A stretch of DNA of 39,555 nt, taken from Spirogloea muscicola (Eukaryota). The notes beneath the pieces are model-generated. The model was not told the DNA's origin, ran no database searches, and saw only the letters and a list, made by a program, of their open reading frames with translations. The DNA lies in the NCBI GenBank assembly GCA_009602725.1, contig WELB01000016.1, forward strand, positions 697,084 through 736,638. Reading direction: 5' to 3'. Position numbers and translations under genes: made by a program. Shown piece by piece: positions 1 through 11,897 of this stretch; within the stretch, counting starts at the first letter, position 1; each line of letters opens with the position of its first letter.

Positions 1-69
1 GCAGGAAGTTGGCCCCTCGGCCCCCCACTTGACCCCAGCACTGCGGCTCCCCTCGACTCAGTTACTCCC

Positions 70-107
<38 letters not shown>

Positions 108-780
108 GCCGCCGCTGTGGGTCTACTGCGGCTTCGACCCCACCGCCGAGAGCCTCCACCTCGGTGCGCCCCNGCCGGCGGCGAGCCTCCGCTGCCCAGC
201 GCCGGCTCGCCGCCGGGCAGCCACCTGGCCACCTCCCACCTCCCACCTGTACGCGACGTGCCTCTCGCCCGCCGCCACCGCCTCCGCGCGCCCTCATCCT
301 GCCCCCGCCGCCGCCGCGCCTCCGCGGAGCTCTCTACTCCGGGCTATGGTCGCCAGCGCCGCGGTCCATGCCGGGTTGCGGAGCCACGCCCTGCGCCGCC
401 CTTCTGCTGGAGGACATGGCGGCCACGCTCGCGAGGCACGGCCATGCATGCAGCACGCCAGGCCGCGGCGGCCGCGCGCGCAGACCAATTGCTTGGGCTG
501 TGGACGGCGCCTTTCCAGGCAAGCGTGCTGGCCAGCACGCTTGCAGCCGGACCCACCTTGCAGTGTGCACTCGCCGCTTGCGGGGCTCATGTCCTGCCGA
601 CTCTGATGCTGGCAGCTTCGCATATCAGATAGTTGCCCGCTTACGTGCTGCGACGCTCGCGGTGTCACCGCCAACGACCTCATCCGAAAGGCTGTGCCTG
701 ACAGCCTGCGCCCCTCACTTGCACAGGTGTACAACCACTTGACGAGGGCGACCAGAGCTCCCCAGCCAATGGCCGGTTGG
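1..780 (+). pseudogene. 5' part of amplified TPX2-like gene copy A
   Basis: 1-20 matches 7740-7755 and 12661-12675; 318-370 matches 4613-4668; 410-625 matches 12815-13040. Confidence 0.6.
112..163 (+). pseudogene. Isolated exon fragment of an organellar/bacterial-type tyrosyl-tRNA synthetase (HIGH-motif region)
   Basis: Reads PLWVYCGFDPTAESLHLG and ends at a G|GTGCG donor. It lies between a (GCC)n run and the N at 173, so it may be an assembly misjoin. Confidence 0.7.
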
Positions 781-939
781 ACGCGACACATGCGTTGGTC
801 ATGAAGAACATGCGGCCAAGTTCGACAATGTCGTGCAACAGCACCCGGTTGACCGGCATCTTGCAGCCTTGAGGCCGTCAGAACGTCTTCCAGTGTTGCT
901 GCCCAAGCACTCGTCCCCTGCTCACCCCCTCTTAGGTCT

Positions 940-1500
940 GTGCCGTTCCAAAGCTCCTCTACAAAGGTCGGCTCACGCGACCTTGGAGACAGGAGAAAAC
1001 TGCCTAACCGCTTTAGCAGGCTGCGCCAGCCCTGCGCTTGCTTACCTCGTCGTGCAGAAGCCTTCTCCGTCGGGCGCGTGCAGCGCTGGCCAGGAGAGCA
1101 GGGCACCGCAGGGCAGAAGGTCTTGGCGCGGGCCTTCTGCGCGGCTGTGGCAAAGACACGAGCACACTTAAGATTTTCAGCTTCTAAGGGTGCCAGGGAG
1201 TTGCAGAGAAAGACGAGGGGCCTGAGCTTCCCGGGCTGGGATATGGAAATCCATCGTCATTGATTCACAGAGACAATAGTCCGAGAGGTCAGAAGCATCA
1301 AGCTGGCATCTTGCAGGATCAGGCTGACCGCGACCTTCTGCGGCATCGATGACGGCAGCAGCTGCATTCCAGTATCGAAACGGCCTTGGCTGCTGCTCTG
1401 CACTCGGCTTTGTCGAGCACGTCCACGAGGTCTTTGGCCCTGTTGGCTGCATCACCTTCCTTTGCAGGTGTCTGCAGGTCAGAGAGCACACAGCATGTGG
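940..1500 (-). pseudogene. Inverted arm of TPX2-like repeat (left arm of palindrome 1)
   Basis: The reverse complement aligns over ~560 bp with 1531-2078, e.g. 1301-1350 vs 1682-1731 and 1381-1480 vs 1546-1650. Confidence 0.85.
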
Positions 1501-1530
1501 ACCGCTAGAAGGCAACAGAAATCATAGAGG

Positions 1531-2925
1531 TTCACAGGCTGTGCCCTCTGACTTGCAGACACCTGCAGAGGAAGGCAATGCACCCAAGGGGGCCAAAAAT
1601 GTCGTCAACGTGCTCGACAAAGCGCAGTGCAGAGCAGCAGGCTAAGGCCGTTCCGTTAGTGGAGAGCAGCTTCTGCCGCCGTCGATGCCGCGGAAGGTTG
1701 AGGTCAGCCTGATCCTGCAAGATGCCAGCTTGATGCTTCTGACTTCTTGATTTCTTTTTGTGAAATGTCGATGTGTATCACATCCCTGCCCGAGAGGCTC
1801 AGGCCCCTCGTCTTCTCCTGCGGCTCCCTGGCACACTCGAAAGCTGAGATATCCAAGTGCGCCGGTGTCTTTGCCACAGCCGCGGGAAAGGCCCGCGTTA
1901 AGAACTCCTGCCATGCCGTGCCCTACTGTCCTGGACAGTGCTGCACGCACCAACGGAAGGCTTCACTCGACGAGGCGAACAAGCGCAGCGCTGGCGCAGC
2001 CTGCTAAAGTGGTCAGGCAGTATTCTCCTGTCTCCCCAGGCGTAAAGCGACCTTGTCAGACGAGCTTTGCAACGGTTTGGGATGCTTACTAGGACTGCCG
2101 GATGGTGCTGACCAGGTCCTTGCATGCTGAGCCGCCTGTCCCGCATGGCTGCTTGCAGTCACTGCTGGTGCTGCACGTACCTGATCGTTGCCGTGCTGTT
2201 GCATGGGCGTCCACCGCATCCGATGACTGCTGCAGAGCACCCTGACTGCGCATGTTGCTCAGCTCTGCCGCTTGTCTCAGCAGGCAGCGAGGCAAGCGGA
2301 GGTAAATGGCGGGGGGAGGAAGCCCGTGAAATTGCAGAGCTGCAGAGGACTTTGGTCCACAAGCGGCTGGCAATGACGTCTTTTGGGCGAGTCTTCACAC
2401 CCTCAGCGTGAGGCACTCGACTCAGCTCCACAACATGCATCCCTGCTGGCCACTGCACCCAAGCTTTCTCGTGCTTCTCCACTGCAGCAATGCCTGCATG
2501 AACAACATTGGTCCTGCGTGTGCTGAGCATGAGCATTGCAGACTCGCACGGCCCATGTCATCATCACGTCTCCCTGCACACCTGAGCAGGTCCACAAAGC
2601 CCTCATCTTTCAGCGTTTCAGCTGCACACCAGTCACCTGCACCACATGCGTGCCAGGTCAGTGTTCAGTGCCCTCACAGCAAGTACGCCAAGCAGCACAT
2701 AGTAGCACCTTGTGGTCTTGCTATCACTGCTGCACCAAACTGCTTGCTTTCCTTAGCATGCGTAAGCTGTCCTGGCCATAGTGCCGCTTGACGAAGCATG
2801 GTAAAGACGTCCCATAGGCAGGGCGCAATCTGCAGGCCATACACTGCAACCATTTGATCTCATGCACCTAAAGCTACCGCTGTGCTTGCTGGTCGCAGTT
2901 GAGGCATTTGGTTACCCACAACGTC
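1531..2925 (+). pseudogene. Decayed intron-containing TPX2-domain gene copy A (3' part)
   Basis: Exon 2281-2407 reads EEAREIAELQRTLVHKRLAMTSFGRVFTPS, then a GTGAG donor, then CAG|RSTKP at 2590. This matches the TPX2 C-terminal motif (EIxxLRxxLVxKAxPMPxFxxxFxPxRSxKxLT). Stops and frameshifts are present. Confidence 0.75.
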
Positions 2926-2944
2926 GCTCTGCTGATGACACCCA

Positions 2945-3118
2945 CCCTTGCGTCTCAGTCGTCGTTCTGCTAAGAGACAGCTGCTCTTGCTTCTTGATCA
3001 CACATTGAACTCATCCCACAATATCAAATGTCTTGTCCAAAAGCAGCAGATCGTGTGGTGGCTGGTCAATCCGGTTGTCGTCAAATCGCCTCTTCCGCAG
3101 ATCGATCATGGACCATGG
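2945..3118 (+). repeat. Downstream segment of the TPX2-like amplified unit
   Basis: Reverse-complement match to ~20985-21150. Confidence 0.7.
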
Positions 3119-3119
3119 T

Positions 3120-3310
3120 GTACTCATGCTGCTAGTTACTCGGACTTGATGTTGCTCACTCGTGGGTACTGAGCTTCCATCTGCAGTCCTATAGTGTCTA
3201 GATGTGTCATTTTCTTTTTCGGCACCTTTGGCTCTTTCCACCTTGTCCATTCTTTTTGGGCTGGCCTTTCCCAGCCCCTACCCTTCGTGGGCGAGCAATT
3301 CCTTTCTTTC
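3120..3310 (+). mobile_element. 3' end of CRE-like non-LTR retrotransposon
   Basis: [12 protein letters not shown] (stop ends 3172), then a 3' UTR with hairpin GGGCTGG-CCTTTC-CCAGCCC (3258-3277) and a pyrimidine tail; homologous to 22869-23055. Confidence 0.8.
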
Positions 3311-3928
3311 GAAAACAGCCCTTCTCTTCAAAGGCATGGCGTCCATGCTCACAGCCAATCTTCACTTGGGCGTATTACCTGGCTGAATCAATGTATGAGC
3401 CTGGCTGCAAGTTCTGAGCTCAATACTCTGAAGCTTTGGGCGTGAACCACAAGTGAACTACAAAGCTTGTCAGCCTTGTTGTGACGACCCCACTCCTATG
3501 CAAAGATTGAGGTGTTGGCACGCCCTTGTTGGACTCAAACGTCGAGGATTCAAGGGCGCAACCCCCACACAGTGAAGGACTACGTATAGTATGCAGCGGA
3601 ATGCCTTGCCCTGAGGCGCTGCCTATGTGTGGCGTCTCCACGTCCTGGGCACAAGCCAGCAGATGTCCCCGCAGGGGAGCAGGCATGGGCTTCTTACAGA
3701 GAACCCAAAAGTGAACCGCGGCTGCGGGCTGCGGTGACGGGCTGCAGCAGCAGGCAGCAGCAGGGCTGTGGCGCCGCAGCCTGTTAGTGGCTTAAAGTGG
3801 GAATGGCCGTGTCCGGGCTTGAACACTGGACCTCAAGAAGAGAGGCGGGGGTCCTTGCTGAGCTGAGCAAGGCTGAGGAGCAGGGCATGCAACTTGGCAA
3901 CGGCGGTGAGCAGAGGTGGACAGCTTGC

Positions 3929-4300
3929 GTGGCGGGGGCCACGCGCGGGGGCCGCGGAGCCGGCTCGGCGGCCCTCGCGCGCACGGGCTGGCCGGGGGAG
4001 GAGAGCGCGGGAGATTCGTGGGTCCCCAGGGGGCCAAGATGCCGTTGGGGCTTTGACCATGGCGGGCCGCTGACCGGGCGGTGAGTGGAGGTGCCGTGGC
4101 GGGCCCACGCGCGGGGGCCCGCATAGCCAGTAGCTTTCCCGCGCGCACGGGCTGGCGGGAAGAGGAAGCGCGGGAGATTCGTTCGCCCCGGCAGCCAAGG
4201 TGCCCCGGGGTTTTGACCTTGGTGGGGCTGTCGCGGGAGATTCGTGGGGCCCCAGGGGCCAAGATGCTGTGGGGTTTTGACCTTGGCGGGGCCGCGGGCA
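3929..4300. repeat. Imperfect GC-rich tandem repeat (~165 bp x2 plus a ~62 bp subunit)
   Basis: GCGGGAGATTCGT...GCCAAG..GC...GGGG.TTTGACC.TGG occurs three times (~4007, 4170, 4233); GCGCGCACGGGCTGGC occurs twice. Confidence 0.8.
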
Positions 4301-4389
4301 GGGGGCTGATCGGGCCGCTTGGGGGAAGGGGCAGGAGCGTGCACTGAGTGACCGGTGCCGGAGCGGGGCGAGTACAAAGGCCAGGGGAG

Positions 4390-6365
4390 CCCGCCCCCAG
4401 CCGCCATTCCAGCCCCCTCGCCACCCCCGCGCCCCGCTCGCCNGCGCGCCGCCTCTCCGCGCGCCTCTCCCCCTGCGCCACCGCCGCCGGCCTGCCGCCG
4501 CTGCTCAGCCCCTGCTCGCCGCTGTCCGGCCTGGGCCTCCTGCTGCTCAAGGCTCGCCACTCCCCCTCAGCCGCCGCCGCCAAGCCGCCTGCTCCCGCCC
4601 CCGCCGCCAACGCGCCACCGACGAGCTCTTTGCCGTCGGCCCTGGTCGCCAGCGCCGCGCGCGTCGCCGCCGACTCCAAGCGCGCTCGGCCGGTGCCGCG
4701 GTACATGGCGGCTACGTTCGCGAGCACGGCCATGGCAGCACGCTTGCCCGCGGAGGCCACGCCCAGAGACTGGCCGCTTGCGCTCCGCCAGACCCCCGCC
4801 CGGGCAAGTCACGACTGTCATGTCATGTCCCTGTGCCATGCAGCCGGCCCTGCGCGCTGCTTGTTGGCCTCTTGTCCTGCCAAGTCCGACGCTGGCAGCC
4901 TCGCAGGGGCTTGCCCGCTGATGGGCCGCCACGCTCGCCGTGTTGCCGTCGACAACATCGGGTGACCCGTTGTGCCTGACGGCCACTCCACTATACAGGT
5001 GTCGAGAATCTTGGCCAGGGCGACCGCATCTCCCCGCCCGACCCGGCCCGAGGCCGACAAGAGCTTCGGTGCTCATCACCCTGGGGCCAAGATGGTGCAA
5101 CAGACACCTGTCGTCCCCATTCGGATTGCAACGGAGGACCGTTCGCCGCTCGGCGCAAGCTGTCAGGCCGCAGCCCCAGCTGTACTCCCGATTCCGATGC
5201 CGCAGAAGGCCGAGGTCAGCCTGATCCAGCAAGATGCCAGGATGCTTGATGCGTCGACTTCTTTCTTTTTGTTTGGTGAACAGATGATGATGGTCTTTAT
5301 AGTCCTGCCCGAGAGGCTCAGGCCCCTCATCTTCTTCTGCGTCTATCTGGCACACTCACTGAAATGCCCGAGTGTGCCGGTGTCTTTGACACAGCCGCGC
5401 AAATGGCCCGCGCAAGGACGATCTGCCGTGCGGTGCCCTGTACTCTTGGCCAGCGCTGCACGTGCCCGACGGAGAAGATTTGTACACGATGAGGTAAACA
5501 AGCGTAGCGGCGAACCAGCCTGCTCACCCATGGTTAGGCAGTATCTTCCTGTCTCCCCTCGCATAAGTCGACCGTAAGAGACGAGCTTTATCAGGGCTGG
5601 AATGCTAGTAGGCCTGGCGGATGGTGCCGAGCATTACCTAACTGCTGCAAAGCACCATAACTGCGCAGGTTTGCCAGCTCCGCTTTTTACATAAGCTGGC
5701 AGCGAGGCAAGCGGACGTGGAGAAGTGGAAGGAGGAAGCCCAGGAGATTGCTGAGCTGCGTAGATTTCTCATTCACAAGCCGCTGCCTATGCCATCTTCC
5801 CGGCTAGTCTGTCAACCACACCGGTGTGGTTGACAGACTCGAGGCACTGGACTCAGCTCCACAGGCGTGCATCCATGCTGGCCACTGCACCCAAGCTTTC
5901 TCGTGCTTCGCTGCCATGGCAACTCCATGAAAGAATAATGCAGTTCCTTCGTGTGCTGATGCAAGATCACTGCTGGTTTGCACGGCTTGTCTTTCGTTGG
6001 ATCGAGCTGACAAAGTCTCGCTGCACATTTGACAGGTCCAAACGGAAACCGACTATCCCTAGACTTCCAGCATTCCAGCTGCTGGCCAGCCGCCAGCACC
6101 ACGTACATGCGAGGTCAGTGCTCTGTGCCTCAGAGCAGACACGCCCAGCAGCACAAAGTGACACCTTGTGTCTTGCTTTTATTGCTGCACCAAGCTGCTG
6201 ACTGTTCTTAGCATGCCTGACCTGTCCTGGTTATTGTGCCGCTTGTCGAGGCCGGTAGATACGTCCCATTTGCAGTGCATAAACTTCAGCCTTACCCCAC
6301 GTACCTTCCACCTCATGCACCTAACGCGAAAGCTGTGCTTGGTTGTCGCAGTCGAGGCACTTGCA
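4390..6365 (+). pseudogene. Decayed TPX2-domain gene copy B
   Basis: LAARQADVEKWKEEAQEIAELRRFLIHKPLPMPS (5696-5797) and AG|RSKRKPTIPRLPAF (6036); colinear with 1680-2910. Confidence 0.75.
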
Positions 6366-6399
6366 TGTCCAGTGATAGCTGGTTTTGAGAGGCTGGTCC

Positions 6400-7050
6400 C
6401 CACTTGGCTCAGACGAATATTGCTGGAACTCGGCTCCATCAACCTTCACGACATTCTACACTGATTCACTAGGCAGTCTTGCACTGGTTGCTCACGACTC
6501 GCGTACCAAGCATGTTAATAGTAAATATCAATTTCTTAGATAGCCTGTGTACAGAATGTAGCATGTTTTCTTCAGTCAGGCGCCGGCCTTCGGTGAGGAG
6601 AAGGAGGAGACCCACCAAACCAGGCTTGGCCAATCTGAGTATCCAACTTTGGTGCTCTGCAAAGTCGAAAACGATGGCGGGGTTAGCTGAAATTATTGGT
6701 TAAATACCAGAATTCCACTATATTCCACTATATTCCACTTATTGTGCTGCTTTATCACACCAAGAATTGTATTCCGGTATGGGCACAGCATATGGGTACA
6801 AAGCCACATCGTGTGACATGCCGAACACCACTTCATGCAAGCGCGGTGCCTTTCTCTCTCAAGTACTCGTATGTCTGGGCTGCTTACCCTTCCACTTGCT
6901 TTGCTCTTGCTTGCACTCGCTTGAGTCTGGACTGTTCTTGTCTGGCTACTGCTTCTCCTTTCATCAACATATCCGTCAATCTAGAAACTCAACTTTTGGC
7001 ACGGATCCTTCTTCTGGCAAAAGCTAATACTCGTCAATCGCAAAACACAG
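6400..7050 (+). mobile_element. Copia remnant: RNase H end, truncated LTR, PBS, leader and gag stub
   Basis: WLRRILLELG at ~6404; colinear with 11420-11580 and 11705-12170; PBS-like GGTATGGGCACAGCA at 6776. Confidence 0.8.
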
Positions 7051-7059
7051 AGAGCACAG

Positions 7060-7490
7060 AGAATGATGAGTCCGGAAGACTGGGCGGGCCCATTGTCAAT
7101 TTGTGGACAGCGCAGCCGCGGACCTCGGCAGCTCGGCAATGGCCATAGATGAGTCCGGAGGACACACGAACCAGCTGAAGCGGCTTGTCTTGCTGTGCAA
7201 AGGGACTCACGAAATTAGTGCCGGCTGGCCTGGAGCGCTTTTGGCAGAGATCCAGGATATGAGCGGCCTGAACACCGGCATGCAGACAACCGGATAGCGC
7301 AACACGCCAGCAGTGTCCGCTGCCCGGGCGGACGTGCGGGCGCCACGCCCGCCGGTGGCCAGCGGCCCGAAGCTTCTCGACAGCCTGCCTGCGGGATGGC
7401 GGGCCACGGGGCGGCCAATTCGGGCGCGGGTAGCTTGACGACGAGGCTGGGCGAGGCCACGAATCAGAACCGTGGGCTAATGTCGCGCCT
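7060..7490 (-). repeat. Segment X: probable 5' exon/intron piece of a divergently oriented host gene, duplicated at 12180-12550
   Basis: Both copies keep the frame HAGVQAAHILDLCQKRSRPAGTNF / HASVQTAQILAICQKPSKLAGT, followed by a GTGAGT donor. Confidence 0.5.
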
Positions 7491-7719
7491 TGGGGTGGTG
7501 GGTGGGGCGGCTTAGCGCGCCGTGCGCATGAGACAAGAAGCAGGCCACTTAAGCCGTTACACTGTTCAGGCGAAAGAAGAAAGCGCGGCCAGATTGACTC
7601 GTGGCTGCGAGAGGCCAGCCCAAAAAATGGACAAGGTCTGAAGGAGCCGGATGGCAAAAGCCGTTGCAGAAAGTGGGCTATATAACCCGAAGCCCAATGC
7701 TAAGGGACCCTGAGGTACC

Positions 7720-7950
7720 ACACGGCAAACGGCCCGCGCAGCAAGTTGGCCCCCCACTCGGGCACCGCGGCTTCCCCTCGGCTCAGTCCCTCGCCCAGGC
7801 TTTCATCCCCTCGCCGCCGCCGCCGCTGCGCCGCCGCCCTGCGCGCCACCGCCCTGCGCGCCACCGCCGGTGCGCCGCTGCCATGACCGCCGCCGCCATG
7901 CGCGCCGCACTGGCGCCGCTGCAACTGCCCGCGCGCCGCCACTCCGCGGG
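7720..7950 (+). pseudogene. Promoter and first-exon stub of TPX2-like copy C, cut by the copia LTR
   Basis: ACGGCAAACGGCCCGCG..AAGTTGGCCCC is shared with 12644-12675; the ATG at 7883 (MTAAAMRAA) parallels the ATG at 12779 (MAAAALRAA). Confidence 0.6.
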
Positions 7951-8146
7951 TGTGGGATTTTGATCGTCAGCCAGGCGGTGGCCTTTGGTGAGGAGAACGA
8001 GGATACCCACCGATTCCGGCTTGGCCACCTTGAGTAAGCTATTTCAGTGCTCTGCAAAGTCGAAGGAGACTCGGGGGTGGCAGAGGTGGCAGGCCCAATA
8101 CCAGATTGCTTCATTCCACTAGACACTTAGTGCGCTGCTTTGTCAC
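7951..8146 (+). repeat. 5' LTR (3' end and PBS deleted)
   Basis: Starts TGTGGGA and is colinear with 11685-11880. Confidence 0.75.
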
Positions 8147-11100
8147 GCCAAATGCCACTTTAATCAAGCGCCGTGCCTTGCTCTCTCAAAGACGTACTTC
8201 TGGCTTGCTCATCATTCCACTGGCTTTGCTTTTGCTTGAAACCGCTTGTTTCTGGTCTGCTCTTGTCTGGCTACCGATTCTTCTCTCATCACCAAAGCTC
8301 ACTCTACACATATCTACTGATGACATGGATTCTTCTTCTGGCAAAGCTGTTACTTGTCAGATTGGAAACAGAGATCGAATAAATTTGGACACATCAGCAC
8401 CATACGACATCAATTTTCCTGCAGCAACGGAACGCATGATTCCTCTGGACATGGAAATTGACCATGCTTCTTCAGGATCGCAATCTTTTGGGAAGTCGTT
8501 GATGGCTCACTGGCTGCTCATCGTCCATATGACAACCGGTCGATGGAAAATTAGAAGGTTTTGTCAACAGATTCTGTGAATGGAATGATAGCCGATTGAC
8601 TCATGCATGGAATCTAAGCAGAGCTAAAATCATGTATGATGACCTGATCTCTTTGTATGATAGACATTCTGTCATGAATCAATGATCTCTTAGAAAGAGA
8701 TTCTACGATCAAGAATCGTTGGAATCAAAGTGCTATATCATGTCAGTGACAAATTCAATGCTTGAGTTGGAGAATCAGGACGCACAGGTCGGTAATCCTG
8801 TAGCCACGCACCCTTATTGCAAAAGAATACCTTTTTCTTACGGATCTGTTGCAAGTGTACTTGATAGCCAAGAGGAGCACTCGACGTTCGGAATTGTAGT
8901 GAGAGGCGCACTGCAAGAACTGAGTCGTAGATGTTTCAGCGGTCAGAAGAACATTCTGCAATCTGCACGTATGGCTAGTGATGTGAGCAGAGTTCTGATT
9001 TGCTTTTACTGCAAAGAGAAAGGTCATCACATCAAGGACTTTGTTTGAACGAAAGAATGCTCGGAGGGGGTAGGCCATTCGGCAACACCATGAGTTCAGA
9101 GGTACTTCCTCGTCCTCCTGCCTTGACAACCATTGAGCCAAAACTGTAGCGTAAAGGTCATGGACGTGGATACAGGAGCTCCAAACACACGTGCAACAAT
9201 AGACTTCATTCCACTTCTTTTGAGAACATCAAAGGCAAAGACGTAGTGTTCGAAATGGTAGTTCTCATGAAGTACGCGGTAAAGGAACCATTACAATATC
9301 AATGAATGTGGGGCAAGGACAGGTTGAGTGCACTCATCATGATGTCCTATATGTACCTGATCTGATGACTAACCTGTTTTCATTGCACGAATCTTCAAAG
9401 CCTTGCCAGATGGATGTCATGGTAACGTGGATAACACAGTAATAGGAAAATATAATACGAAGAGTAAGATGATTGCCAAGTCCATTTTCGACGGAGATTT
9501 GTTTCAAATGCTTTGTGAAGTCAATATGCCAATACAAGTAAGACTTTTATTGACAGTACAACTTGTGAATCTGCTCTTATGTGGCATTAACGGTCAGGGC
9601 ATATAAATCTCATACATAGCGAGCATGCAAGCTAATAACGTGGTACTTGGTTTGATTTTGATACACCTGAGCATGTCTGTGGAGGTTGTGCTCCAGGTCC
9701 GATGCATCGTCTACCATTCTCACCATCATCATCTCGTCCCGCTGATCTTCTTGAAGTGGTTCATACTGTGGTCCAATGCAAATGACATCATGTAGTAGTC
9801 AAATATAGATTCTAATCGTCATTGATGACACTTCACGCTTTGTAACTTGCTACTTCTTGAAGACTAGAGATGAGTAAATATCCAGATCTAAGGAGTACAA
9901 AGCAGAAGCAGCAAATTTCACTGGGTAGATGATCAAAACATCCCGCATAGACAAAGGAGGTGAGTGCGGATCCCTTAACTCTGAATGCTACCTTAAAGAA
10001 AGTGGCATTAGACACGGAAAGAGTCTCCCATACACCCCTCAACAGAATGGAGTTGCTGAGAGGTGGAATCGAACCAGTGTTGAAAGTGCACGATGCATGA
10101 TGATATATGCAGCATATCTCACCACATGTCTGTGCTGAAGCCCTTTCCACAGCAGTGTACCGGAAGGATATACCATTGACAAGGACACTGCACAGAGTAA
10201 CACCAGCGGAAGCGTGGAAGAAGGTAAAGCCAATTGTCTCGCATCTTATAGTATTTGAAAAGATGATTGTGTGCATACTCCTAAGGCAGTCAGCAGAACA
10301 CTTGATCCAAGAAGTGCTAGATATGTATTTGTTGGATAAATTCTTAGAACCAAGGTAAGTTGCATATGGTAATGCACAAAAGGAAGGACTGGATTCTGAT
10401 CCCAGTCCCAGTCTTAAGCCTCCATTTGATTGCTTCTTTCAATTAGTAATGACCTTGAAACATGACCTTGAAATGCATCAAATGGATGTTGTACGGCATT
10501 CTTCAATGGAAACCTGGAGAATAACTATAAAGTGCAACATCCAGAAGGGCAAGTTGTGCAACGACAAGAAGATCTTGTCCGCAGGTTGCAGAAGTCGTTG
10601 TACGGTATGAAGCAAGCGCCGAGAGCACGGTACCAAACCTTGACCACGTCATATTGCAGAACAGTTTTTCTCGATCTCACTCCGAGATACAATCTACGTA
10701 AAGGGTTCAGGTATCTGGCCTAGTATGTGACGATACGTTCATACTTTGCAAGAAAGCAATTGGAGACGTCAAAGAAGTATTAGCTTTAGAATCTGGATTG
10801 TCAGATTTAGGAGAGGTCAAACAAACATGAGGAGTGCAGGTTCTTAATGATAGTAACGCAAGAAATTGCAAATTGACCGGACTCATTGTCTACAATCTAT
10901 TTTGAGAATCTATGCAGGACTGCAGGCCAGCCTCCGCACCCCTAGACACAGGCGTCCATGTTACAGAAGAAATATTTGCCCGCAGAAAGAGAAGGAACAG
11001 AAGGGAGAGATGTTCCTTACCCTACAACCAAGCATTCCGAGATTAGATTACGTGTTAGGAACTCGCCCAGATGTGGCAGTAGCAGTAACTCAAGTCATTC

Positions 11101-11684
11101 AGATCATGTCTAACCCTGGCTGGTTACACTAATTGCCTTACACACGTATCCTAAGATATTTGAAGGGGATTTTCCTAGGGATCTTGTCGACAACATCCTT
11201 CTTCGTCAAGATCTGATGAGTCGCAATCTGATATGTTAATTTGATATGCTGATTCTGCCTGGGCTGGTGACCGACACAGCAGACGGTCGATTACCCGCTA
11301 CATCTCTTTAAGGTATGGGGGAGCTATCTCTTGGAGCACAAAGGAACAAACCTCAGTCGCACTGCAACAACTGAAGCAGAGCGTGTGGGCAGCTACACAC
11401 TCTGTCAAAGAAGCAATGTGGCCCAGACGACTATTGTTGGAACTCGGTTTCCATCGACCTTCTGCGACATATAACACTGACTCACAAGGTCGCTCAATCA
11501 ATTTTCTACTTGCGTACCCGCTTGATATTTATCGATATCAGTTTGTTAGAGAGCATGTACAACAGAATGTAGTATGTTGCGAGTAATGAATGCAGCAGTT
11601 CAGGTGGCGGAAATGCTTATTGAAGCAATACCTGATTCTTTCAGATCACAGGCAGGTGTCCTGGCCCAACTCTTCAAGGGGGAG

Positions 11685-11897
11685 TGTGGGAGTTGGTCGT
11701 CATCCAGGGCGCCGGCCTTCGGTGCGGGAAAGAGAGGCTCCAATCCAGGCTTGGCCAAGCTGAGCATCCTATTTAGTGCGTCTGAGATGTCGAAGGAGAA
11801 GGCGGGGTTAGCTGAGGTGGCAGGTCCTACACCAGATTGCTCTATTCTACTAGATGCTTAGTGCGCTGATTTATCCCACTATAAGTTGTTTTCCAAT
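11685..11897 (+). repeat. 3' LTR (~210 bp, TG...CA)
   Basis: Directly follows the PPT, starts TGTGGGAG and ends near ...TTTTCCA before a degenerate PBS. Confidence 0.75.

Larger units (their letters stand above)
7951..11897 (+). mobile_element. Decayed Ty1/copia LTR retrotransposon
   Basis: Domain order gag (LWEVVDG; CFYCKEKGH knuckle ~9001), protease (VDTGA), integrase (PYTPQQNGVAERWNRT), RT (HQMDV, LQKSLYGMKQAPR), RNase H (ADSAWAGD, RRLLLELG). PPT AAGGGGGAG at 11676-11684. Many stops and frameshifts, plus an internal deletion between integrase and RT. Confidence 0.95.

Noticed and set aside
3929..4300. CRISPR array
   Set aside because: The repeats are degenerate with no unique spacers of regular length, and the context is eukaryotic.
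29..4965. Long GC-rich ORFs (e.g. 29-742, 3792-4760, 4348-4965) as real genes
   Set aside because: Low-complexity Pro/Ala/Arg translations that span N joins and decayed repeats, with no recognisable domain.
8358..8373. CA + TGGAAACAGAG as a canonical tRNA-iMet PBS
   Set aside because: Two mismatches, and it lies downstream of the likely gag ATG (MDSSSGK). A better half-tRNA PBS follows the LTR in the other two copies.
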